Shown piece after piece: positions 19,929 to 28,562 of a stretch of DNA of 46,561 bases. The notes beneath the pieces are model-generated. The model saw nothing but the letters and a program-made list of their open reading frames with translations. It was not told the DNA's origin and ran no database searches. This DNA is from Thermodesulfobacteriota bacterium (GTDB taxonomy: Bacteria; Desulfobacterota_D; UBA1144; Nemesobacterales; JAZGCJ01): NCBI GenBank assembly GCA_036476895.1, contig JAZGCJ010000261.1:1-46561 (forward strand). Reading direction: 5' to 3'. The translations under genes and the position numbers were made by a program. Within the stretch, counting starts at the first letter, position 1. Every line of letters begins with the position of its first letter.

Positions 19929-21386
19929 ATGGAACTTCCTGATATAGTTGCAAGTACATATGCAATTGCACCGGAAATAACCCTTATAATTACCGGCTTG
20001 TTACTGATTGTAATAGACCCTGTCACTAAGAAAAGGAATGATCTTTACTGGTTAGCACTTTTAGGAATTCTCATATCGTTCGCTTTAAATTTGTCCAGGT
20101 TCTCTGAAAGCTCAACTGCATTTTCAGGAGCGCTGTCATTAGATGCATTCTCAGCATATTTTAACGTTATTTTTTTATTAGGATGCTTCCTTTCGATCTT
20201 GTTATCCAGCGACTTTTTAAGAAACTTCGATTTGGATAAAAATGAATTTTATTCATTATTAATTTTTTGCACCTCTGGAATGATGATCCTGACTTCGGCT
20301 ATAGAGCTAATGTCGGTCTTTCTTGGATTCGAAATAATGTCTATATCAGTCTATGTACTGTCGGGAATAAACAAAAAGTCATCAATGTCTTCCGAAGCTG
20401 GGATAAAATATCTTGTCCTGGGAGGACTTACTTCCGCAATTTTTCTCTATGGCATAGCATTGATATACGGCGCTACAGGAACAATCTATCTAAACCAAAT
20501 TGTCAATGATGTTAATATCGGAAATCCGTTATTCCTTGCTGGTTCCGCAATGATCCTTGTGGGATTTATATTCAAAATCGGGGCGTTTCCCCTACATCAA
20601 TGGGTCCCTGACGTTTATGAAGGTGCGCCAATGACCGCTACAGCATTTATGTCCGTTGGAGTAAAGGCTGCAGCTTTTGCGATTTTACTCAGGATCATTT
20701 TTGAAGGATTTTCTCAGATACTGGCAAGCATAATTCCCATCATCTGGGTTGTTTCCTTATTTACTATGACGGTGGGGAACATTGCCGCCATATCACAAAA
20801 TAGTATTAAAAGGATGCTTGCTTACTCCAGTATAGCTCACGCCGGATATGCCCTTATAGGAATTGTTGCTGCATTTCAGATACCGGAGCTTGGTGTTGGC
20901 AGCGTTATATATTATTTATTTGCATACACATTCATGAACATGGGAGCATTTGGTGTTCTTGCTTATTTATCAAAAAATGGGAAGGAATGTGAAACATTTG
21001 ATGAAATTTCCGGGCTGTGGAAAAGAAAACCCCTCGTGGCTTTAGCTCTGGGTATTTTTATGTTCTCATTAGCTGGAATTCCTCCGACTATAGGGTTTTT
21101 TGCTAAATACAGGGTATTCCTGTCAGCAGTTAATGCCGATCTTTACTGGTTGGCTATTTTTGGAATAATAAACAGTGTCATTTCTGCCTATTATTATCTT
21201 AGGGTTCTTGTGTATGCATTCATGAAAGAAGAGATTTTCGGCTTTCCTCACAAAAAAATAACCTCATCAATAGCTTTAATAATACTATCTATCGCTACCC
21301 TGATAATGGGCATTTTCCCATTCAATTCATGGGACCAGGCATTAAAAGCTGCCGATAGTCTGCTTATCACCATGAACTTCAATTAA
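19929..21386 (+). CDS. nuoN: NADH-quinone oxidoreductase subunit N
   Basis: Polytopic; EAGIKY, FKIGAFPLHQWVPDVYEGAP, KRMLAYSSIAHAGY, SLAGIPPT.GF.AK. Confidence 0.95.
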   Translation: MELPDIVASTYAIAPEITLIITGLLLIVIDPVTKKRNDLYWLALLGILISFALNLSRFSESSTAFSGALSLDAFSAYFNVIFLLGCFLSILLSSDFLRNFDLDKNEFYSLLIFCTSGMMILTSAIELMSVFLGFEIMSISVYVLSGINKKSSMSSEAGIKYLVLGGLTSAIFLYGIALIYGATGTIYLNQIVNDVNIGNPLFLAGSAMILVGFIFKIGAFPLHQWVPDVYEGAPMTATAFMSVGVKAAAFAILLRIIFEGFSQILASIIPIIWVVSLFTMTVGNIAAISQNSIKRMLAYSSIAHAGYALIGIVAAFQIPELGVGSVIYYLFAYTFMNMGAFGVLAYLSKNGKECETFDEISGLWKRKPLVALALGIFMFSLAGIPPTIGFFAKYRVFLSAVNADLYWLAIFGIINSVISAYYYLRVLVYAFMKEEIFGFPHKKITSSIALIILSIATLIMGIFPFNSWDQALKAADSLLITMNFN

Positions 21387-21568
21387 ATTCAAAAATCAGC
21401 ATACATTTGGTTGAATTCTCTAATAGTTTAGGCAAGTTACAATATAATTATAATAGTATTTTTTAATATTACAATTAGTCCATATCACTTCTACAATCAA
21501 ACTTCTTTAATTTAAACTAATAATTTTGCATACTTAGATAATGTATTGTATAATTGGCTTTAACTATT

Positions 21569-23854
21569 ATGGGCAGAAGAAAATCTATAGCAAAAGATAA
21601 TCTTCATGAAGATTATCTTCTCAGAGAGCTTTTTGCAGCTTTACTCTTTACAATAGGTCTATTTTCAACCCTTAGCCTTGTTTTCTATAGTTCAAAAACA
21701 GGTTTTGATATACATGGAACTATGGGGGATATAGGTGTATTTATTTCTGAATTTTTGGCGAAGTCATTCGGCATTGGATCATTTATAGTACCATTTGTCG
21801 CATTCTATACAGCAGTAATAATCTTTTCCAATAAATGGGGAAGTAATCTAATCAGGAAAGCACTCTCGGCTTTTATTTTCCTATTGTCTACAATAATACT
21901 TCTTGGACTAATTTTTAATAATAAGGAATTTTTAGGATACGCTAACCCTGGTGGATGGATTGGAAATTCTATTTCAAACCTTCTCAGAGAGCATTTTGCA
22001 GGAAGTCTGGGTTCTTATATTATTGTAACTATTTTATTAATACTCAGTTTAACAATTGCAAGCAATAAAAGTCTAACAGAGTTAGTGAATAGCATTAGAT
22101 ATTCATTTAATTTGATATATAGCTTATTAGCCAGGGTTTTGATAATCGTGAAATTATCACTAAATAATACATATACGACATTAAATAATCGACTTTTTAA
22201 AAGAGATCAATTGCAAACCACAGATTCGTATATTTACAAAGAAAAATTGTCGGAACTATTTGAAGAAACTAAGGAGAATATTAATGGTAAGTCAGAACCG
22301 GATTGGTCAACAAACGAATATTCTCAAAATCCGGAAGATGATAATCTGCCGGATATTGTTTTTGAACAATACGAAGACAAGATAAACCTGACTACAAGTA
22401 AAAAGATTAAAAGCTATTTCCATGATTTTGAATTCCCTCCCTTAGATTTGCTTGATCACAAAAATGAACCGGAGATAATTGTCGAGAAAGATGTTGTTTA
22501 TAGAAAGGCTAATTTAATAGAACAAAAATTAAATGACCTCGGTGTATCGGGGAAAGTCACTCAAATAAAGCCCGGCCCTGTGATAACTATGTTTGAATAC
22601 AAACCTGCACCGGGGATAAAGATTAATAAAATATCTTCGCTGGAAAATGATCTGGCCATGGGCCTCAGTGCTTTAAGCATCAGGATTATCGCTCCGATAC
22701 CTGGGAGGGATGTTATAGGAATTGAGGTCCCCAATTCCACGCGTGATTCAGTATCGCTTAGAGAACTACTTGAAGAAAATGAATTTTCTGCAAGCAATTC
22801 ATTCCTGTCTATCGCTCTTGGTAAAGACATCTCTGGAATGCCGTTTTACATGGATCTTAGAAAGGCACCCCATTTAATGATAGCCGGAACCACAGGCTCG
22901 GGAAAAAGTGTTTTGCTTAATACCGTCATAATAAGCATGCTTTATAAGGCAACTCCCAATGAATTGAAATTTATTATGATTGATCCAAAGATGCTCGAAC
23001 TCTCTGTTTATGAGGATATTCCTCATTTACTACACCCCGTTGTTACAGAACCAAAAAAGGCTGCAGCCGCTTTAAAATGGGCAGTCGAGGAAATGGGCAA
23101 CAGATATCGAACCCTTTCTGAAAAGGGAGTAAGAGATATAGAAAGCTATAACAACTCTTTAAAAAATTTAAGCCCCGAGATTATGAAAGAAAATTGGCTT
23201 CCCTATATAGTAATAGTACTGGATGAACTTGCGGACTTAATGATGATAGCACCAAGTGAAATAAAAGAAGCGATCACTAGACTTTCTCAAAAAGCACGCG
23301 CAGCCGGAATCCACCTTATCGTGGCCACTCAAAGACCTTCTGCCGATGTTGTTGCAGGATTAATAAAAGCCAACTTTCCAGCAAGAATTTCGTTTCTGGT
23401 TTCTTCTAAAATCGATTCAAGGATAATACTCGACACCAGTGGAGCAGAATGCCTTTTGGGCAAAGGCGATATGTTGTTTCTAGAACCCGGCACTTCCAAG
23501 TTAATCCGTATTCAGGGTGCATTCATCTCAGACATTGAGAGAGAAAAAATAACTTCCTACTTAAAATCCCAGGGGAAACCAGATTATAACGAAGAGATAA
23601 CTAATGATGAAGATTCGCAATTAAATATGGATTTTGAAGATGATAAAGATGAACTTTACTACCAAGCACTAAGAACAATAGCTGAAACCCAACAGGCTTC
23701 AATTTCTTTGCTTCAGAGAAGATTGAAGATAGGGTATAATAGAGCAGCAAGAATTGTTGAGATAATGGAAAAAGAAGGTCTGGTAGGACCACCGGAAGTG
23801 GCGGGGAAATCCAGAGAAGTATTTATAGATTTAAACCAGATAAAGGAGATATAA
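21569..23854 (+). CDS. ftsK: DNA translocase FtsK
   Basis: N-terminal TM helices; PHLMIAGTTGSGKS, MIDPKMLEL, DELADLM, ATQRPS, gamma domain LQRRLKIGYNRAAR; start ATG 21569 or TTG 21554. Confidence 0.97.
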   Translation: MGRRKSIAKDNLHEDYLLRELFAALLFTIGLFSTLSLVFYSSKTGFDIHGTMGDIGVFISEFLAKSFGIGSFIVPFVAFYTAVIIFSNKWGSNLIRKALSAFIFLLSTIILLGLIFNNKEFLGYANPGGWIGNSISNLLREHFAGSLGSYIIVTILLILSLTIASNKSLTELVNSIRYSFNLIYSLLARVLIIVKLSLNNTYTTLNNRLFKRDQLQTTDSYIYKEKLSELFEETKENINGKSEPDWSTNEYSQNPEDDNLPDIVFEQYEDKINLTTSKKIKSYFHDFEFPPLDLLDHKNEPEIIVEKDVVYRKANLIEQKLNDLGVSGKVTQIKPGPVITMFEYKPAPGIKINKISSLENDLAMGLSALSIRIIAPIPGRDVIGIEVPNSTRDSVSLRELLEENEFSASNSFLSIALGKDISGMPFYMDLRKAPHLMIAGTTGSGKSVLLNTVIISMLYKATPNELKFIMIDPKMLELSVYEDIPHLLHPVVTEPKKAAAALKWAVEEMGNRYRTLSEKGVRDIESYNNSLKNLSPEIMKENWLPYIVIVLDELADLMMIAPSEIKEAITRLSQKARAAGIHLIVATQRPSADVVAGLIKANFPARISFLVSSKIDSRIILDTSGAECLLGKGDMLFLEPGTSKLIRIQGAFISDIEREKITSYLKSQGKPDYNEEITNDEDSQLNMDFEDDKDELYYQALRTIAETQQASISLLQRRLKIGYNRAARIVEIMEKEGLVGPPEVAGKSREVFIDLNQIKEI

Positions 23855-23857
23855 AAA

Positions 23858-24517
23858 TTGAAATATACCATTGCTATCTTGCTATTGATAATAATTTCCA
23901 GCATCTCGAATGCACTAGAAAATAACGACATTACTATAATTGTTGATAAAATTCAGCAAAAATATGAAAAGATAGATGACTTTCATGCAAAATTTATACA
24001 AGAGGCCACAGTTAAAGTACTTAATAAAGTTGAGAAAGCGGAAGGAGAAGTCTGGTTCAAAAAACCAGGAAAAATGAGATGGAATTATTACAAACCTACC
24101 ATGGATCAGTTTGTATCTGACGGATCTAAAATTTGGTTTTACGACCAGGAAGAGAACCAGGTGATAGAATCAAATATCAGTTCCGTCGCAGATCCTTCAT
24201 CATCCACAACCTTACTTTCCGGATTGGGTAAAATTAAAGAGCTATTCGATACCACATTCTCAACCAATGGAAAATTGTACGAGAAAGATAATTTTATACT
24301 AGATCTCAAGCCAAAAAACGACGGGGGAGAGTTTAATAAAGTTACTATTGCCGTTGATAAAGAGAGCCTGCTTGTAAAAACAATCCTTCTTTATGATCCT
24401 TATGGAAATCTTACCAAGGTATCACTTGAAGACATTAAGATTAATAAAGGGATAAATAACGATATCTTCAATTTTGTAAAGCCTGAAGGGGTAGAAGTTA
24501 TAATTCCACCTTCTTGA
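23858..24517 (+). CDS. lolA: Outer-membrane lipoprotein carrier LolA
   Basis: Signal peptide; F.Q, KKPGKMRW.Y, VSDG.KIW.YD, F.F..P.GV; canonical ftsK-lolA order. Confidence 0.9.
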   Translation: MKYTIAILLLIIISSISNALENNDITIIVDKIQQKYEKIDDFHAKFIQEATVKVLNKVEKAEGEVWFKKPGKMRWNYYKPTMDQFVSDGSKIWFYDQEENQVIESNISSVADPSSSTTLLSGLGKIKELFDTTFSTNGKLYEKDNFILDLKPKNDGGEFNKVTIAVDKESLLVKTILLYDPYGNLTKVSLEDIKINKGINNDIFNFVKPEGVEVIIPPS

Positions 24518-24544
24518 TAGTATAATTAATCCAGGAGGTTATAC

Positions 24545-24892
24545 ATGCGACATATTTCTATATTATTAATCGTATTATTAATATTACCTGCTCTTTCATA
24601 CGCACAAATGGAGAGCGAAGGCTATACAGTAACTGAGAATCAAATGAATTTTGCGTCTTCACTAACACAGCTGGCAAATGTAAATATTGCAAAGTGGAAA
24701 TCCCCAGTTGATCTTTGGGTGGAAGGTATTTTTGAAAACAAACCAAAAGAAGCCCAAAAACAGCAGGCTGGCGAGATTGCCGATAGGGTGCTTCTTATGG
24801 CTCAAAACGAAGGACTCGACCAAAGTTTTTGTGTTAATGTACACAACGGCAATTATATTCCACTGGCAACAAAATGCTGGGAAGCCCCTTAG
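24545..24892 (+). CDS. Small exported hypothetical protein
   Basis: GGAGG RBS, TATAAT upstream, signal peptide ..SYA|Q, two C-terminal Cys. Confidence 0.75.
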   Translation: MRHISILLIVLLILPALSYAQMESEGYTVTENQMNFASSLTQLANVNIAKWKSPVDLWVEGIFENKPKEAQKQQAGEIADRVLLMAQNEGLDQSFCVNVHNGNYIPLATKCWEAP

Positions 24893-24895
24893 AAC

Positions 24896-26134
24896 TCACC
24901 TGTCAATCTCCCCTAACACAATATCCAGGCTGCCGATGGCAGCAATAACATCTGCTAGAAGGCTTCCCTCGGCCATACTCGGCAGTGCTTGTAAGTTTAC
25001 AAAGGAAGGCCCCCTTACCCTCATTCTATATGGTTTTCCAGTTCCATCACTTACAAGATAGTAAGACAACTCACCCTTTGGATTCTCAACTGCATGCTGA
25101 ATTTCGCCCACGGGAGTTTTAAAACCCTCATAAACAATAACAAAATGCCTGATTAAGGATTCCATCTTTGTATAAGTTAGCTCTTTCTCCGGTAATACTA
25201 TTTCTGGAAGATCGGCTATATATGGCCCATCGGGCATATTATCAATGGCTTGTTCTATAATTTTTAAACTTTGATGCATTTCTTCCAATCTGCAAAGGTA
25301 TCTGGCATAAGCATCACCGTCAGTTGAAATCGGAACTTCAAAATCATAATTCTCATATCCCAGATACGGCATCGCTTTTCTTACGTCATATGGAACCCCG
25401 CTACCCCTTAATGCAGGGCCGGTTAAACCCAGATCAACCGCATCATCCGCACTAATCCTTGCTACCCCTTTTGTTCTATCCACCCAGATTCGGTTTCTGG
25501 TTAGCAACTTATCTACTTCAACCAATGTCTTAGGAAATATCTTCAGAAAATTCCTAACGGCATCTTCAAAGTTATCGGGCAGATCCAACGGCAAACCACC
25601 TACCCTGGGATACGATGTTGTTAATCTTGCTCCGCAGATCATCTCCAGGATATCATATATCCTCTCCCTTTCCTTGAAACAATATAGGAATGCACTCATA
25701 GCCCCTAAATCCATGGCATTGGTGCCAATACCCACCAAATGAGATTCGATCCTTCCGAGCTCAAACAAAATGACTTCTGTCACTTTTGCACGTTCTGGTA
25801 TTTCATCTTGTATTCCGAGAAGTTTTTCAACGGATAATATGAATCCGATGTTACTGCAAATTGATGCCATGTAATCCATCCTGTCCGTGTAGGGAAGACA
25901 CTGTTGATAAGTAATATTTTCACAGAGTTTTTCAATTCCCCGATGCAAATATCCAATATAAGGTATAGCCTTTACTACAACCTCTCCATCCAAATGCAAC
26001 ACAACTCTCAGAACCCCGTGGGTAGAGGGGTGTTGAGGTCCCATGTTTAACATCATGGTCTTTGTTTTTAACTCTTTATCAGTTAAATTCTCAAGTGGGC
26101 CGATATCTTCACTAATAAACTCTACTCTTTCCAT
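24896..26134 (-). CDS. nuoD: NADH-quinone oxidoreductase subunit D
   Basis: NMGPQHPSTHGVLR, GYLHRGIEK, DRMDY, ENPKGE, DIVLGEIDR. Confidence 0.97.
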   Translation of the reverse strand: MERVEFISEDIGPLENLTDKELKTKTMMLNMGPQHPSTHGVLRVVLHLDGEVVVKAIPYIGYLHRGIEKLCENITYQQCLPYTDRMDYMASICSNIGFILSVEKLLGIQDEIPERAKVTEVILFELGRIESHLVGIGTNAMDLGAMSAFLYCFKERERIYDILEMICGARLTTSYPRVGGLPLDLPDNFEDAVRNFLKIFPKTLVEVDKLLTRNRIWVDRTKGVARISADDAVDLGLTGPALRGSGVPYDVRKAMPYLGYENYDFEVPISTDGDAYARYLCRLEEMHQSLKIIEQAIDNMPDGPYIADLPEIVLPEKELTYTKMESLIRHFVIVYEGFKTPVGEIQHAVENPKGELSYYLVSDGTGKPYRMRVRGPSFVNLQALPSMAEGSLLADVIAAIGSLDIVLGEIDR

Positions 26135-26655
26135 TATTCAGAACCTTCCTCCAAGGCTTTTTCAAAACACTCCTTAGATGCTTTACGGTCTCTCACATCA
26201 AAGTCCTTTCTAAGCGGAAACGGACCGTAGTCCTCAGGCATGAGAATTCTTCTCAAATCGGGATGGCCTAGGAATTTTATTCCAAACATATCATACACTT
26301 CTCTCTCCAGCCAATCTGCCCCTCTCCAGATTCCTGCAACTGATCCAATTTCCAGGTTATCTGCATCAAGGTCAGTTTTTATTCTCAAGCGATCGTTCTC
26401 CTCATAATTCTCACCGAACCTATGCAGGTGATAAACAAGTTCAAACCTTGGAGCTTTAACCTCAAGGTAGTCAACAGCGGTAATATCGGCTAAGAACGTA
26501 AAATCGAAATCGCTCTTTAGATAGGAAAAAATCTCGATAAATCGATCTTTTTTAATACGAAAGGTAGTCTCATCTCTAAAGGAAATTATTTCGGTAATCG
26601 AATCAGGAAATTTTAAATTAATAGTTTGCGCCAGGTTATCAAAATCAAGGCTCAT
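26134..26655 (-). CDS. nuoC: NADH-quinone oxidoreductase subunit C
   Basis: [37 protein letters not shown]. Confidence 0.96.
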   Translation of the reverse strand: MSLDFDNLAQTINLKFPDSITEIISFRDETTFRIKKDRFIEIFSYLKSDFDFTFLADITAVDYLEVKAPRFELVYHLHRFGENYEENDRLRIKTDLDADNLEIGSVAGIWRGADWLEREVYDMFGIKFLGHPDLRRILMPEDYGPFPLRKDFDVRDRKASKECFEKALEEGSE

Positions 26656-27137
26656 ACTATGGGTGCCTCTTCCATATCAATCTTTTTCTGTATCTTCATT
26701 ACAGCATCGATGAGCGCCTCGGGTCTTGGCGGACAACCTCCAACGTATACATCAACAGGGAGAAATTCGTCTATACCCTGAACAACTGCATAGCTGTCAA
26801 AAGGTCCTCCTCCGCAAGTACAAGAACCCATTGCGATCACCCACTTAGGTTCCGGCATTTGCTCGTAGATCCTTCTACACACAGATGCCATCTTGTATGT
26901 AATTGTTCCGGAAACGATCATTAAGTCTGCCTGCCTGGGAGAAAACCTTACCACCTCTGCCCCGAATCTCGATAAATCGAATCTGGATGCAAAAGCACCC
27001 ATCATCTCAATAGCGCAACATGCTGTGCCAAAGGGCATTGGCCACAGACTGTTCTTTCTAGCCCATTTTGCAAATGAACCAATCTTGGTTGTTACAAACC
27101 CATCCCCACCCAGGATTGAGTTACTGTTCACTCCCAT
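26652..27137 (-). CDS. nuoB: NADH-quinone oxidoreductase subunit B
   Basis: [27 protein letters not shown]. Confidence 0.97.
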   Translation of the reverse strand: MGVNSNSILGGDGFVTTKIGSFAKWARKNSLWPMPFGTACCAIEMMGAFASRFDLSRFGAEVVRFSPRQADLMIVSGTITYKMASVCRRIYEQMPEPKWVIAMGSCTCGGGPFDSYAVVQGIDEFLPVDVYVGGCPPRPEALIDAVMKIQKKIDMEEAPIV

Positions 27138-27484
27138 TCTAAAGCTCCCTTCTTAACCACATAGAAATACCCGGCAAGTATAACAATAAAAAAGACAATT
27201 ATCTCAATAAATGCAAGCAATCCCAAATCTCTATATACAACTGCCCATGCAAATAAAAAAACTGTCTCCACATCGAACAGTATAAACAATGCCCCGATAA
27301 CGTAATATTTAATCGAAAACCTCTCCCTGGCATCCCCAACCGGTGGCACCCCGGATTCATACGGGAGCAGCTTAAGTTTGGACTCTCTCTTGGGTCCCAA
27401 AAAGTGAGATATTGTTAGCAGTGCTGATGCTAAGATTATAGAGATTACGATCATCAATAATATTGGCAAATAACTCGCAAGCAC
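27128..27484 (-). CDS. nuoA: NADH-quinone oxidoreductase subunit A
   Basis: Three TM helices, PYESG, FILFDVE, KKGALEW; GTG start. Confidence 0.96.
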   Translation of the reverse strand: MLASYLPILLMIVISIILASALLTISHFLGPKRESKLKLLPYESGVPPVGDARERFSIKYYVIGALFILFDVETVFLFAWAVVYRDLGLLAFIEIIVFFIVILAGYFYVVKKGALEWE

Positions 27485-27490
27485 AGCATA

Positions 27491-27518
27491 AGATTATGTG
27501 GATAGGTTGAATTGTCAA
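27491..27518 (-). promoter_or_regulatory. Sigma70-type promoter of nuoABCD, probably leaderless
   Basis: Minus strand TTGACA-N16-TAATCT, then 6 nt to the GTG start; no Shine-Dalgarno. Confidence 0.5.
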
Positions 27519-27562
27519 GATAATTGTAAGGGGTGGATAAATTGTTAATTTACTCAGCCTTT

Positions 27563-27706
27563 TTAAACAGGAGATCGAATTTTATAGCCATTGTCCCTAA
27601 GAATAAATGCTCCAGATACATCAGCCTCCTCACCAGCTCATAGTGCCACACAATCATTAAACGAAAATACAGAAATAATGCATAACCCCAAAATAATACT
27701 TATCAT
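27563..27706 (-). pseudogene. Degenerate paralog of the small lipoprotein at 28193-28363
   Basis: MISIILGLCIISVFSFNDCVAL*AGEEADVSGAFILRDNGYKIRSPV*; aligns with ...VGATAGVIGGYELRDHGYVVRDPI; TGA at 27638-27640. Confidence 0.7.
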
Positions 27707-27741
27707 TAAAACGGTATATGTAACTATTAGAAATACCGCTA

Positions 27742-28155
27742 CTAAAACTCTGGTTTAAAATTACATGCAAATTTTAAGAGGCCTTCATCCACACTATTTG
27801 GTCTTACCTTTTCTTCTGCAAACTCCATCGACTTTACCTCTTTAGATCCATCTTGCAATTCAATTGTGTGTTCGTTACCGTAGAGTATTGTTCTTTCCTT
27901 GCAGTTTACTGACAACTCCCAATAGACTTTTTCCACCGGTTTGCCGTCTACACTCTTGCCACCTTTAAATTCATGGAAGATTTGAAAAGTCCTCTTGTCA
28001 CCATCTATTGTGATAGCATCAACATCAACAAATGATTTTTCCTTACCCTCAGAAGCTGTTACTGCATGCACCCATGTCTCGGCATTAGAACTATTTATAT
28101 AAGCAAAACACAAAATTGCTAAAACTACGATAAAAGCAAATGACCTCATTAACAC
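27742..28155 (-). CDS. Exported hypothetical protein (surface adhesin E-like)
   Basis: Signal peptide, W.....FVD..I pattern, two Cys (VNCK and FACN); AGGAGG RBS. Confidence 0.65.
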   Translation of the reverse strand: MLMRSFAFIVVLAILCFAYINSSNAETWVHAVTASEGKEKSFVDVDAITIDGDKRTFQIFHEFKGGKSVDGKPVEKVYWELSVNCKERTILYGNEHTIELQDGSKEVKSMEFAEEKVRPNSVDEGLLKFACNFKPEF

Positions 28156-28192
28156 TTTGTCCCTCCTAAAACTTTAATTATATTTTGATCTA

Positions 28193-28363
28193 TTACTCAT
28201 GTGCAATTGGATCACGAACAACATATCCATGATCTCTCAATTCATACCCGCCGATTACACCCGCAGTTGCACCAACCGCTGTACCGACCGCAAATGCACA
28301 GCCCGAAGCCAAACCGATTAATAACAACAAAACCAAAGCCATTAACGCTTTATTCTTCTTCAT
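28193..28363 (-). CDS. Small glycine-zipper lipoprotein (56 aa)
   Basis: MKKNKALMALVLLLLIGLASG|C lipobox, G/A-rich helix; AAGGGG RBS before ATG 28363. Confidence 0.8.
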   Translation of the reverse strand: MKKNKALMALVLLLLIGLASGCAFAVGTAVGATAGVIGGYELRDHGYVVRDPIAHE

Positions 28364-28562
28364 TTCAGTTGTTACCCCTTTAAAAATTTTTTTATAGTAA
28401 CACAATATAAATAAATTTTAAACATGATGTAGATCTTATTCCCTTGAAGGAGAACTGTATATTAACCATGGCCTGGTAACAGGTGTTCGGAGACAAAAGA
28501 AGAAACCTAGCAGTAAGCTGATGGTTATCTTTTAAGCAATCTCATAAAAGTTATTTCAATAT

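Noticed and set aside
28463-28527. Hammerhead ribozyme or fluoride/guanidine riboswitch assignment for the structured patch
   Set aside because: CTGATG and GAAAC are present, but the required stems and conserved core order are missing. Kept only as an unassigned candidate.
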